Notes under the pieces: generated by a model
Told to the model about the DNA's origin: nothing
The model's input: only the letters and a program-made list of their open reading frames with translations
The model's database searches: none
Part shown: positions 1-15,000 of the stretch, piece by piece
How the letters are laid out: every line of letters starts with the position of its first letter
Numbering within the stretch: the stretch's first letter is position 1
NCBI GenBank assembly: GCA_043771175.1
Contig: JAYVHO010000006.1
Span: forward strand, 9,800-73,799
Length of the DNA: 64,000 bases
Direction of reading: 5' to 3'
Source of the DNA: a bacterium
GTDB taxonomy: Bacteria; Patescibacteriota; Minisyncoccia; Phycocordibacterales; UBA1006
Program-made: the position numbers and the translations under genes

Positions 1-3000
1 TTTCTTGAGCATTCGTAAGTGTTTGGAAATCAACATTTTGTATTGTCCACACTGAGTCATTTGCCGTAACGTCACCATTAGTTCCATCATCGTACAGTGG
101 ATACACTCCTCCATTACTTACAGATTCATTAAAGTATGTTCCGTTATTATCGGTATCAATCATCAAAGAGAAGTTTGATGCATTTGCGATATTAAATTGT
201 GAATCATTTACATCAATTTGAAGCGTTACGTTTCCAATATCACTTGATGGTTGTTGTACTTGCCAGCGCTTTCCAAGAATTTGATATCCGGTTGGTGCTT
301 GTCCCGTTACAAAGCTTGCTGATCCACCATTATCTGCCATCGTCATAAATGACTTATCAGTTGGAATAGTTCCACTGGTAGTTGAAAGCGTAATAATACC
401 TGTGTCTGCTTGTGAGCGTGACTTTGATTTCACCTGTGAAAGACCAGAAGCATCATCACGTCCAATTCCAAAGATGTCGTTAACATACGTAGCTTCTGTT
501 ACCAAACTATCACTACTCCACATCTTGGTGGTTGAGTCAGATGCAATATAGTCAGTAGGTACCGTTTGATCCATTACCAGTCCATATTTAAGTGCCAAAT
601 ATGACTCAATACGTTGGTTAATATCACCACTTGTGTTGTCACCTGCATAAACAATGATTTCTCCCATTTTTTGATCTGAGTATGCAAATTGTCCTCCTCC
701 AAGTCGTGTGTAGGCGTTCGTTGACGTCATTGGTGAGGCAACTGGGTAGGTAATCATTACCTTATTATCACGAAGTAGAGAAACTTCATCTGGCCCAGTG
801 GTCTTGTTATACATGTGCCACATGTGAGTAGATGGGAAGGTGGTTCCAGCATTGCCGAAGTTTACTGATTGTGCAGAAGTTCCATAAATATAATGATTTG
901 CACCACCTTGTGAAATTCCTCGGATTCCAAAGTATCCAGAACCATTCATTCCTGTTTGGTTCAACATTTCATTGTTTTCACCACTGCTATCAGCAGCAGA
1001 TACCATATAGAGGTGCAGGTCATTATAGGTGTCCGCGTTCAAAATTCCTCCAATTGAAGCTGGAACATCCATGTATTCGTTATTACCACCTACAAAGTCT
1101 ACTGCAGCGTTAAAGTTAATCGCTTGTGAAGACGTTGCGTTTTGGTAATCAGGTATATTGGCTGCAACAAGAGTTTTGTTGTTTCCAGAAAGGTCAAGCC
1201 ATCGTACTGCCTGGTTGGTTCCTTGTACTGCTGGTACGGTTGCTCCAGTATCAGAATACACTCCCGTATCAGCCTTATACCATGCTTTCATTCCTGTTGA
1301 ATATCCTCCTGGTGCTGGTGGAATATTTTGTGCTACGGTGAAGTATTGACCAGATGCAAGCGTAAGATTATTAATCGTATACACTTTATCACCTGCTGTT
1401 TGGTCACCATTGGTTCCATCATCAAACATTGGGATTACCGTTCCACCTGTTTCATCAGTGAAGTTAGCCGTAGCTGCTGCTTCATCATCTACTACAAGGT
1501 AAAGGATTCCGTTTGCTGATGAGATGGTTGGAATATCAGAAATATTACTGCTGTTGGTATTTTCAGTATTTATTGCAAGGGTTACCGTTCCTACGGTTCC
1601 TGTTTTTTCAAACTTCCAGTTACGTGTAATAACTTGTTTGCCTGTTGGTGCACCGGTAGTTGTCCATACGCGTGCATCAGCACCATTGCTGGCAATTGAA
1701 GCTCCAGAAAGATCCGCACTAAAGGTACTTGGGGTTGAAAGATTATTTCCGTTTCCAAGTGTCCAAATAGCAGTTGCATTTACTGATCGTGATTTAAGTT
1801 GTGAAAGATCTGCCGCATCATCGCGCGCAATTGCGGTAATACTCTGTGAATATGCATTATTAAGTGCGGTATATACTTTTGATGTTCCGTTTGAAAGAAC
1901 GTAATCATTTGCAAGGTAATTAGCAGCAAAATAAATATCTTGTGTCGGTTGTGTTCCTACACTAGTTAATAATGTACCGCCAGAATAGGTACTCGTTGAC
2001 TGGAACCTATTATAGAACGATCCTGTTGTCTGGCCAAATACCATGGTATATGCGGATCCAGATGTAACATTAAATGGCGTAGTAAGTTGAACGGTATATA
2101 CCGTACTGGCTGTAGTTGGTGCAGTAAATGCTTGAGTATATACAGGCGATGCAATACACGTTCCTGATGTAGCAGATGCTCCATTACATAGGTATAACGT
2201 TCCAGGTCCACTATTTTGGGTACCAGAACTATTGGTCTGCAAGGTGATAGAGCCTATTTGACCAGTCGCACTTGCGGTGAACGTCTGCCCCCACCCAACG
2301 GTTTGACCCGAACCACCGTTAGAATCATTCTGTAGGTTTTGATCGATACCTTTGTTTAACGTAATACCATATTTAATTGCGAGGTATGATTCAATTTTTT
2401 GTTGAGATGTACCAGATGATTGATCAGCACCATAGTAGATTGCTTCTGCAATACCTCCGTTATACCATCCATTACTTACTCCAAGGTATGATACGCCGTT
2501 GTTACCAGTAACCGCAGAGCCAGATGCACTACTAGTGAGTTCTGCACCGTTGCGTGCAATAGACATTCTATTTCCACCGGTGGTTTTAACCTGAGTTTTC
2601 CAGATATATGGAGTTAATGTGTTTGTACCAGCGTTTGCGTTGGTTGAATCCAGTGTTGTTCCAGCACTATTGGTAAGACGTGTAGTGGTATTACTTACTC
2701 CCAATCGGAAATTAAGTGCCGTACCGGTGTTTGCATGATTATAGATATCTTCATTACCAGAAAGATCTAAATTATTCACTACCACATATGCATACACGTC
2801 GTTATAGGTATTGGTTCCAAGGACTCCTCCTCGTGCCCCTGGTACCTGCATGGCATAACCATCACCTGATGCATACATTACTGGGTTAAAGTTAATAGCG
2901 GTATTGGTAGTAGTTGAAGGATTTGCGGCGGTAGTGGTACGGTATGTTGGCGCAGTGCTGTACATTTGCATCCACTTGTCATTTCCTGACATATCGTTCC

Positions 3001-6000
3001 AACGGTTCATACTATTTCCATCAACTGCTGGTGTTGTTCCGTTTACATCACTATATACACCTTTGTTTGCCTTATACCACGCCATGATTCCGGTTGAAAC
3101 CGCACCTGGAGTTGGTAAGGTATTTTGTGCAAAGGTAAATTTATTAGTGTCGTCCAGTGCAACATTTGAAAGTGAATAGATTCTGTCGTTTGCGGTGGTA
3201 TCACCGTTGATTCCATCATCATTCATTGCCAAGATTCCAGTACCCAATACTTCATCCGTCAAAAGTCCATCTTCATTACTATCAAAGATAGTATAAAGGG
3301 TATTATTAAGTGCCGTAACATCAGGAAGGTTGCGTGATCCTGTTCCTTGAGTATTTTCAAGGTTTACCGCAATGGTGTAATTATTTGCTGCGGTTCCAAT
3401 TTCTCGTGCACGCCATTCAATTACAGAAGACGCAGTTCCTGGACGCATATATCCAGATGGAATAGTAGCGCTTGAAGTCCAGGTTGTTGCAGATCCATTA
3501 TTGTCTCCAATAATAAGTGCATCATTATTAGCAAGAGTAGCTTTACTGATTCTTACAATTCCTCCATTTCCAAGAGTTGAAGTATTAGCAGTTGAAAGTG
3601 ATGACAATTGTTCAAGAGCTGAGGCATTATCTTTCATAATACCCGTTACATAATTGTGATATGTATCATAGCTCCAAATAGTGGTTCCACTTCCGTTTAC
3701 AAGATCAGGTTTAATATCTACATCAAAGTACAAATCTTGTGTTCCAAATCCTGCTTGGTTACCACCAAGATATACATCAGAGCTTTGAATACGGAGGAAT
3801 ACATTTGTTGGTGCAGTAATAAGGAATGTGTACTGTGTTCCCGCGATTACTTCATATGGTGTCGTAAGCGGAATGGTAAAGTTAGTGTTAAGAGCCGTAG
3901 GTATAGTGGTAAGTACTTGTGAATAGTGAGTTGCACTGATAGGACTTGCAATACAGGTAGCCATTGCCACCGCTCCGGTACAAATATGAAGTGTTCCACC
4001 AGCTGCATTTGCAGTTGCTCCTGTTTGAAGAGTAATATTATTAATTCCTCCCGTTACTGACGCAGTAATTACTTGTCCCACATTTGTTGATGCCGTGTTG
4101 GTGGCATTAAGACTCAGTTGATCCTCTCCTCCAATATAGGTTGTTCCATATTTTAGTGACAAGTACGTATCAACCTTTTGACGTTGAACAGAAGTTAATT
4201 CCCATGGATACAAAATGTGTTCTCCAACACGTCCTGTCCAGTCAGCGGTATCATAATTACTACCGTTAATACGCAATTCTAATTGATCATTTGTTTGCAT
4301 CGAAATATTTGTTGTCAAATATGCGGTTCGCTTTCCATTACCCCAAATTGAGTTTGTATTTGTGGTAGTTGCAGCTGAATCACCTCCACTGTAACTTGCA
4401 CCCATAGTAAATGGAGTGTTAGCAGATTGTTGCTCAATCGTACCAGGTGTTACTTCCATGTTATTAATTTGGTGATCACGAACACGAATTTCTCCCGCAG
4501 CGTTTTCTGTACCGTATGGGTATCGCGCGGTTGGTGTTACGTCATCTCCATAGGTAAAGAGGAATTGAGTAGCTGTAGGCGTAGCTGCAGTTACCGCAGA
4601 ATACAGAGTACGCGCAGCGTTCATCATTGGAAGCCCCCATGTATAAATAGTACGTGTAGATTCAAGGCTTGAAGATACATTTGTTCCAACCAAGAACTTA
4701 TCAGAATTATTATTAATAATTGGATTACCGTTAACAAGGTTTACCGAATCATTCTCATAGGTGTTTCCTCCATCAGTACGTCCTGCAGCGTTTATAATCG
4801 GTGATACAGAATCCCATCGTATAATATGTGTTCCATCGGTGGTGGTTGCTGCAGCTCCTGTAGTATCAGTAAACATCTTTGTTCCTGCTTTATACCACGC
4901 CGTTTGTGGTGCATATACACGGAGCAAATTATTAGGAATATTTATACAAGACCCAGAACAAGTTGAGGCGTTGTTCTTCCAGGTGAGGTTAAAGTCTCCT
5001 GTTCCACCACGGTTTGACCATTTCACCCGCACGTTTTTCCATCCTGTTGATGTTGGGGTATATACTCCTTCACTGTTTGCTGTTGCAACACCCGTGATAA
5101 TTGGTTGATCATCAATCCACAAACTAAACATGTCATTAGTAGTTCCCGTATAATTGAATACTTTTTGAGTAGTATCCGTCATATTCATTTGTCCATATAC
5201 TTCCATTGATCCTTCCTCATTTGAAAGTCCAATATTACTAATACTAGCATCATCAATATTTGCAAAGTCACTGGTATACCACATCATGTGAGGTACAGAA
5301 TACGGTGAATCCTTACCGATTGAGTTTTCATTATCAGTAGCTGATGTGTTTCCACTTGGGAATTCGTTATATGCTTCAACACGAAGTCCAGGCATATAGT
5401 CAGCCACTACTCCTCCTGGTGCTGATTGATAGGTAGCAACTGTAAAGTATGCATTGGTACTGAAGTTTACTTGTCCAAAATCAAGGTACAAGGTAGACAC
5501 ATCTGCTGCAGTTTTAAATTGTGGAATTGCAGTAGCAATCGCTGTTGAACCACTGTCAAATACACCGTCAGCATCGGTCAAAAGGGTGTATGTTTGTCCA
5601 GGAATCAAATCTATAGCACGTGCAGAAGATCCACCTATACGTACATATGGGTTAGTGGTAATAGTTCCCGTAGTTTTGGTTTTCCAAGTTCGTCCAATAC
5701 GAAGGTTTACTGACCCATGAGTAATTGGAGTATCAAAGAATCTTGATCCGTTATCATTACCCCACACAAGCCATGTCTTGTTGGCATTCATTTGTGTACG
5801 AGTAGGATCATTATTAGCGATGAAAAAGTGATTATCAAGTGCCATGGTTACAATATCATCATCGTTTACACCATGTGCAATCTTTCGGTTTAACCCTCCA
5901 GCATCATCTCGTCCAATTCCCGCAACATCGTTGTGATATGAAACGGCAACACCTCCAACAATAGTTGCTTGTTCAGCACCCACACTGTCTCCGGTATCAT

Positions 6001-9000
6001 CACCATCAGTGTGCCCATTCCAAACTGATGTGGTTCCATCAGAAAGAATATAATCTCCTTCTCCAAATCCTCCAGCAAAAAGGTCGTTATCATTAGATCC
6101 CGCTGCACCGTTTCCAGATGGATCAACATTTGAAAGTGTCATTCCATATTTAAGTGCAAGATATGATTGAATCTTAGTTTGTTCAAGGTCGGTTTGTCCA
6201 GAATTGTTTCCAACATAGAATACCATTTCTGCAATTCGTCCTTGGAAATATTGTGTACCTTCAGCCGCACCAATTTCAAAATCATCAGATGTTCCAGAAA
6301 TTGCGGTAGTATCATTTACATTTTTTCCTATTTCATCAGTACTATTTGAAATCATTACCTTACCATTCTTACGGATAAACTTACCCGTAGCGTTAGTTGT
6401 TTGAGTACCATATGTACTTATATACGGTCGCTGAAGAACATTTCCTGAATCATAGTAATTCACATACATACAGCCTGAAGATGCTGCATTTGAACATGTG
6501 GCATTACCTGAGAATAGATATTCTCTACCCGACACAATAGAATCAGCTTGATACTTTTTCCCACCTGAAAGACCTTGATGGAAAAGGGTTGATGATACTG
6601 TTGAATTTGTTTGTGAGACGATATATGTATAGGTATCCAAATTATCTGCTCCAAATGATTCCGCATTTGAAATAAGTCCAATTGGTCCGTCGCCATCCAT
6701 ATCTTGTAGTCGGTCATTAGAACCATCAAACAAAAGTGTTGGGTTGTAGTTATATGCACCCGCTGATGCTCCTGTATAAAGGTCTGGATATGCCGAAACG
6801 GTGCTCATTCCCATATCAATCTGGTTTCCAGACTGATCTTTCCAGTAATTAACATCCAAGAGAGAGTTCGAATCGTTATCAGATACTGTTGTGACATCTT
6901 GATCTGCCGCATACCATGCTCGTAGATTTCCGGATACTCCTCCTGGTGCCGCTGGAGTAATTTGCGCAAAGGTAAATTCAGTTGCAGTTGCAAGGTTGAT
7001 CTGTATGTTATAAATACCATCACCATTGGTCGTATCTCCATTAGTTCCATCGTCGTACATTGGTGCAAGATCTGTTGCATCCAAAAGATCATTGTCATTA
7101 TTTTGGTCATACAAGAAGTAAAGCTTTCCATCAGTTCCATTTACTTCAGAAATATTTGAATCGGTGTCAGTAGTGTCTACTGAAAGGTTAAGTGTAGTTA
7201 CTCCGTCTCCATTTTCTTGATAGAACCATTCACGTTGCCCCGCTGAAGTACCAATTCTTTGATATCCAGATGGTGCTGCAGTGGTTGTCCAACCGGTAGT
7301 AAATCCACTGTTTTTGTTAGAAATTGATACAAATTCAAGATCTGCAAGGTCCGCAGGTACGTTTGCCGCAATGGTTACAATACCATTTATTGATTGTTGT
7401 TTTGACTTTGTGGTCAAAAGGTCTGATCCAGTGTCTTTTCCAAATCCAGCAATGTCTTGATTGTAGGTACCTGCTACCGTTGTATCCCACATTTTGGTGG
7501 TTCCGTTTGATGCAAGATAATCTGGTGATGTCATTGAATACGTAAAGAAGAGGTCTCCGGCAAACACTGAAGAAGCAAAGGTTGCCGTTCCACCAGCATA
7601 TGCATTAGTATTTTGAGCAATCAAGTTAATATTGGTTCCTGATGTAGTAGAAAGTACAAATGTATACAAACTTGCTGCAGTTATAGGGAATGCTGTATTA
7701 AGAGGAATAGTAAATACCGTTGAAACTGCTGTTGGGATATTGGTAACGGATTGAGAATATGCAGGTGCAGCGGCACATGCAGATGCAAGTACTGCTCCGG
7801 CACAGATTGAAAGTGTTCCTGTTGCACCATTGGCAGTTGTTATACCTGTTTTAAGGGTTATTTCATTAATATAACCAGTAGATGGTGCAGTAATTTGTTG
7901 ACCTTGATCTGCAGCAATGGTCATATTTACGTTATTTAAAATCTGAGCATCACCTGGTTGTAACCATGTGGTTCCATATTTAAATGCCATGTAACTTCTT
8001 ATCTTTTTCACCTCAGTCACTGATGGTTCAACGTTATATGACATTATTTCAGCAATATTTCCATCCCATGTTTCAGTGTTTTCTGATCCAATCTTAGTAG
8101 GCCCTGCACCAAAGGTGTTATTAAATCCAGCAAGTGTTTCACTGATACCGTTTACACTGGCAGTAACTCCAACACCAACACCTGGTGTATTCCACTTAAA
8201 TCCAAGCATAAATGGTGTATTTGCTGCTGGCATTGGAATTGATGATGTTCGATTACTTGCACTGTTGTCATACCAAACGGGATCTGTATCATAGATTCCA
8301 AACATTGGATCATTGGTGTTTCCAGCACCTTGTTCAAAGAGTGATGTCCACGTACCAGTAAGGTTTGGTTTAGTTACCATTGAGAATATCCGTCCGTTTG
8401 TAACATTGCTCAATATTGATGTTGACCCAGCAAGTTGCAAGTTATCATCTACTGCATCAAAAGTAAGTGATGGTTGGAAGTTAATGGCATTTGCAGATGT
8501 TGATCCTGCAAATATTGGTCGTTGCCCAACGGTTGATTGACTCATATTGTTACTATTTCCAGAAAGGTCATTCCACTGTCGTACTGATTGACCATTGGTT
8601 GTAAGTGTTGAACCAGTATCAGAATATACTTTACTTCCTGCATTCACCCAAAGGTTAAGTCCTGTTGAAACTCCTCCTGGTGCTGCCGGAGTTTTTTGCC
8701 CAAAGGTAAATACTTCTGTGTTAACCAGTGTTACGGTTTGTGCAGTCCATACATTATCATTTGCACTTGTATCACCATTGGTTCCATCGTCATACATAAC
8801 CACAGGTGTTTCATCGGCAAATCCGTTTCCAGTTGCAGTAATATCGCCGAGAAGATATAACTTTCCATCTGGTCCCGTAATATTTGGTAAATCCAAGTCG
8901 GTGTCATTAGTATCTACTTCAATTTTAACTGTTCCAGGAGTACTCGTAACTTGTGTCTTCCATGATCGATTAAGTCGTTGATATCCAGTAGCAGTACCAA

Positions 9001-12000
9001 GTCCATCGTATGCACCGGTTGATATAAATGTCGAAGCGTCTTGTCCATTGTTTCCAACAATTAGGAAGTCTCCATCACCAAGGCTCGATGGTGTTCCAAT
9101 GGTTATCATACCATTCTTCATTTGTGACTTAGATTTTAATTGGAGAAGTCCTGAAGCATTATCTTGTGCAATAGCCGTAACTTCATTACTATAAAGTGCA
9201 TTTACCCCAATTGATACTAACGGAATATCATAATCATAAACAGCTGTTGTTGAGAGGTTTCCAACAAGCACCATGATAGATCCAGATGGGTTAAAAGCAA
9301 TTCCAGCCATTTGTCCGTCTTGTGTACCCACAGCGAATCGTGCAACTTGAATAGCAGTTGAAATATCAAATGCCGTGGTCAAAACATATTGATGAACGAA
9401 ATCATTGGTATACCCAACAATATACATTCGTGTTCCTGTGGCATCAAAAGCTAGTCCGTTAGTGTTTGAATCTTGATTACTAGCATCAAAAGTTATTCCA
9501 CTATTAACACCAGTACTGATATCATATGCTGTTGCTAAATTAAATTGATACACAAAGTCGTTACCACCTTGAAGCACAAATATTTTAGTTCCATCGTTAT
9601 TGAATGTCATTCCAACACTTGTAGTACTTGGAATGGTAAGACTCTTTGAACCAGATGCGGCATATGTTTGAGCGGTTGAAACATCAAATGCAGTCGTCAA
9701 AGTATATTGATATACAACCCCTACTGCTCCTGCTACATACATTTTGGTTCCATCATTACTAAAGGCAAGTGCAGTTGGAGTGGCTACTTCTGCATTTACG
9801 GTGAATTGTTTAGATGCATATACTGCTGTAGACACAACGTAAGGAGTAGAAAGTGTATATTGATATACTTTTCCAGAAGTTGTGGTTCCTGAAGTATACA
9901 TACATGACCCAAGTGAAGGACAGCCAGCAGTTGTTACGGTATTAAACCTCACATCACTCATTTGAGTATTTTCAGTATTGAGTGCCTTAGTATGTCCGCC
10001 AGTAAATGATGTAGCTGCAACAGATGTATCATTTCCATCCCATACTACAGCTCCTGTAGAACTGAGGTAATCTCCTTCTACTACGGTTTCAATTCCATTA
10101 GCACGATCAAATGGCAATAGTGTTGTACCATACTTCATCGCCAAGTATGATTCAACCTTGTATCGTTCAGTACCAGAAAGTTGTGCTGGGTAATGAATAA
10201 TTTCTGAAATATTTCCATTGAAGTTATGTCCACCAAAATCCGCATAATCTCCAACTTCATACAACCGTGTTGATACTCCAAGGTGCAAACGTTGAGTGTT
10301 TGTCCCAGTACCACGCTGAAGTCCGTATCCATAAGTAGTTTGAACGGTACTGTCAACTGCTCCAACAGGGTTAGTTACCGCAGCAGTTGTTCCTGTGAAC
10401 ATAAATGGAACATTTGATTGAATAACTCCCGTATAACTGTTTGCAGTATTACTGCTTGATTGCCCAATTTCAAGCTGACCAGAAGTTAGTTCTCGTCCAA
10501 AAGTAGTTGTACTTGTGTTGGTTGCTCCTGCTCCATTGTCATATCCATATGAATAGAACATTTCTGAAGAAGCTGTAACGGTTGGGTCCATTCCAACAAC
10601 AAAACTAGTATTCGCTCCTCCCATATATGCCAAACCGTTAGTCCATCCAAAGTAGTCATTTGCATCTTGGTTACCGTTGGTTGCATTGGTATTACGAGCA
10701 TTGGTAAAAATTCCTAGTGATGCACTTGTGACATTAAGTGATGGGTTAAAGTTTATACCTGAAGCTCCTGTCGCGCTGTTATAATTTGCTCCTGTACCAT
10801 CAACAAACGTAACTGCATCTACAAGATCATTATTAGGTACCAGTGCGCTGTTTTCCCAGGTGTTAACTTTATCGTTATCTACAGCAGGGTCAGCTTTTGT
10901 GGTCCAGTAATCGTCATATGCTCCAGCATCAGCCTTAAACCACATAGCCAGAGGTGCTTCTACACGGAAGTCATCACTGTCCAGTGCCGTTCGTGCAAAT
11001 GCACCAGTACCTGTTTTGGTCCATGATATACCAATTGAATCAGTCGTTGCATTTTCTTTGTGACGCAAACGGAATCTCATCAGTCCTGCGCTTGGTGTAG
11101 TAAGTGTCAGTGATGCTGATGTTGCGGTACTAACAGAACCAATATTTATAATTCGTTCAGTATCATCTAATAGTCCATCTGCGTTAATATCCACCCACAA
11201 TTGTGCAGCATCATCTACGTTTCCAGTAGCTGAACCAGCGTCCAAGGTAAAGGTATATCCAGTACCGGTGGTTGGAATTACAATGTATCCATTAAATTCT
11301 TCCGCATAGTTATCGTCCCATTGACCATTAGCAACACTTCCTAGATTTGTACCCTGAATATGATCAGCATAACTGGTCATAATAGGAGCAGCAAAACTTG
11401 TTCCTGTTCCTACGTTTTCAAGTGCAAGTGCATCATTAGCGTACCAGTTGGTTGGTGAAACAAATGAATCACTCCATGTGTTATCAATGTAAATTTGTGA
11501 ACGAACACCATTAATTACTTTACTGGTTACTCCTCCTGGTGCAATCATTTTAGTTGCAAGTGAGTAGAATTTAGCAGTAGTAAGAGTTACGCCAGCAAAG
11601 GTAACTAAACTAGTTGTTCCAGATGCTACAGCGGTTGCAGTTGCAAGTTCCGTAGGTGACGCCATATTAGCAGTTGCAGATTCAAGAATTACATATTGTT
11701 GTCCGTTCTTAAGACGCATTACGCTTGGATTACTGAACTGAATATTTACTGCTCTTGAAGCAAGTCCCGTCATCTTAACTTTCCATACACGATTCATGCG
11801 TGTGTTGGTATTAGTAGTCGTTACCGCAGTGTCAAAATATTGTGTACCACCATTGTGTCCCCACATAATAGCTTGTTTATTTGTTGCAAGTTGCGTAGGA
11901 CGTGCAACAGTATCACTGTTTGCAGCAGTAAAGTTATTATCAAGCGCAATAGACATTGTGTTGTCATTATTGATAGAACGCGCAATACGCTGATCGAGTG

Positions 12001-15000
12001 CAGAAATATCATCACGCACCAATCCTGCAACGTTATAATGGAACGCCGCATCAGCACCTGCGATTCCTCCGGTTAATGATCCATCCCATACGGTGGTGGT
12101 TCCATCAGAAAGAATATACTTTCCTTCATCAATGGAAGAAAGGGTATCTACATTTGAAAGTGTCTTTCCGTATTTAAGCGCCATGTATGATTCAATACGT
12201 TGTGTTTCTGCAGCAGTTTGTATAGATCCTTGCGCATAGGTAATTACTTCTCCAATGCGTCCAGTCATTGATGAAGTATTACTTGCAGTAGCACCAAGTA
12301 CCATTTGTGTCCCTGTTCCAGCAAATGACACCTGTGTTGCATCGAGTGAGTTCGTAAATACACGTCCATCTTTTTTAACACGTTGTCCAATAGTTCCATC
12401 ACCATCATTAGTAGTTGATCCAACTTCTGATGTTAAGTAATAAGTGTGATCGCTCATTCCAATATTCGCAGCAGAAACAATTACTTCATTGGTTGTTGCA
12501 TCTCCAAGACGTGAATAGTAGTTTGGTCCTGTTTGAAGAGCAATGGTTGCAAATCCGTCAGCAGAAAGAGTCGTATTTTCTGAAAGCAACCAGTCATTGG
12601 TTCCTTGTTCATCTGACATGTAGAAGAAGTACTTTGATGAGTTGGTATATGTTGTTCCTGTTCCCAAAATTCCGTTTGCATCGTAAAGGTTGTCTGATTC
12701 TGCAGCACAGGTATTATTACCAAATACAAAGTTAGTACTGGCGTTTACTCCACAAAATTGGAGTGTTTGTTGGTAGTTAGCATTAGCGTCAACTATCAAT
12801 CTTGGAATTCCTCCAGAAAGACCATCTGAGAAGTTATTTCCGTTTCCTGATTGATCTTTAATTAAAGCAACATCAGTTCCTGCAGTTGCAGCAGTGGTTC
12901 CAAGTGTGTCGGTATATACATCCTTGTCTGCACGTAGCCACAATTTAAGACCTGAAGCCACTCCTCCTGGAGCTTGTGCGTTATTTGGAAGTGCAATAGT
13001 AAAATAATCACCGTTTGCAAATGCAACACCAGAGAATGTTATAACAGTTCCAGAAACAGTTGGTGTGATTGGTGATATCGTGGCACCCGCTGCAAAGTTT
13101 GCATCAGCATCTATCAAAAGTCGAACTTGTGACATATCAGTTGCTCCAGCGTTGTGTGCAGCAAGATCAAGTGAAACATTCACCGTTCCAACATCTCCTA
13201 TTTTTTGAACTTGCCATTCACGGACAATTCGCCCATTCGTATACACAGGAAGACCAGCTGCCGGAAGTTCAGAATTTTGAACGCCAACTGCAGCACTGTC
13301 ACCTCCTACTGACAAGAATTCCATATCAGCAACCGTAGTGCTGTTTTGGTTTACTACTTCAATAATTGGTGAACCGGTCACAGATTGTGATGTTGTTTTA
13401 TATTTCAAAAGTCCAGAAACATCATCACGTCCAACTCCAGCAATACCAAGATTATGAGTTGAAGCACCTGATAGATCCTTATTCCACATCATTGTTGACC
13501 CATTAGATGCAAAGTATGTTGGAGAATTCGTTGTGTATTCAAAATATAAATCATTAGGTGACAATGATCCCGCTGCATTAAATGCAGTATTTCCTGTTCC
13601 TGGATAAATATCAGTTGAATTAGAGCGAAGTGCTACTGTCTTTCCAGCAGCCGTTGTATCTCCAAGAACCAAAGCATATGAAGTCCCAGCAGCAACAGTG
13701 TATGGTGTTGTTATAGAAATAGTAAATTTAGTACTTACAGGAACAACGCTGAGTAGTCCTGAAAGCCCAGCACCATACGTTACGGTTCCAACCGCTTGTG
13801 AATATGCAGGTGAAGCAATACATGCCGCAACATTTGTTGCATTTGGGTTTGAAACGATAGCACCAGTACAAATATAGAGATTAAGGTTTGATGAGTTGGC
13901 AGTCGCAGAACGTGTCATAAAACTCACATTAGTAATTGCAGCATTGGTTTTTGCCGTAAATACTTGTCCTACTGAGGTGCTTACCAGCGCATCTTGATTA
14001 TTAGTAAGTTGCAATTCTCCTCCCACTTGAGTAATTCCGTATTTAAATGCCAAATATGAGTTAATTTTATTTATTTCCGCTGCTGTATGTTGAGAGTTAT
14101 AAAATACCATTTCACCAACAGCACCATCAAAATTTTGTTCGCTGGTTGTATATGAACCAAAGTTCATCGCTGCAGTACTTGGTGTAATCGGACTATATGA
14201 AGCATTTTGTGCAACAGTTTTTCCATTTTGTTGAATTTGTTGTCCAATAAATGATCCTGTTGAATAATCAGCAGTATTGTAAAGATATGGTTGACCAAGC
14301 ACTGTACCAAGTGTCGTGTGTGGTACTGAAACAGTTGTACCGGAATCATGATATAACGTTGTGTTACTTAACGAAAGAATGAAATTTGTTCCTTGTCCTC
14401 CCCAAAGCCCTGAGTGAGAAACAGTACCTTGTGTTTCTTGTGAGGCAACGTTATATGTTTCCCAGTTTGAAAGTGTTGTTCCTGTTGGAAGCAAGTTAGT
14501 TGCAGTAGTTGTAAGTATATCGTTTTCTGCATCTTCAAAATCTACAACTGGGTTATAGTTAATCGCAAGTGTATTGGTTGCAGAGCGGAATTCTGGATTT
14601 GCTTGTTGTGTAGTCAAGTTGAACCCATTTCCTGATTGGTCTTTCCAAGAAGCCATAGAAGCTCCATCAGTTGCAACGGTAGTGTTTGCAGTTGTTGTAA
14701 ATGTCCCTGCGTCAGCCTTATACCATGCACGAAGTCCAGATGTTACTCCTCCTGGTGCGGTTCGAGGTAATACCATAGTAAAGTATTGTCCATCAACCAA
14801 TGACACACCAGTAAAACTTACACTGTTGTCAGTTGAATTATAAGTAGGTTCTCCTGAGGTTGGATATACCGTTTGTGTTCCACTGGCAAAGTTTCCATTA
14901 TCATCAACAACTAATCTAAATCCAGAAACATTTGCAGGAGAAATATTCATTGCATCCAAATCAAAAGTAAGCTTAAATGTTCCCATTGCAGGATCAACCG

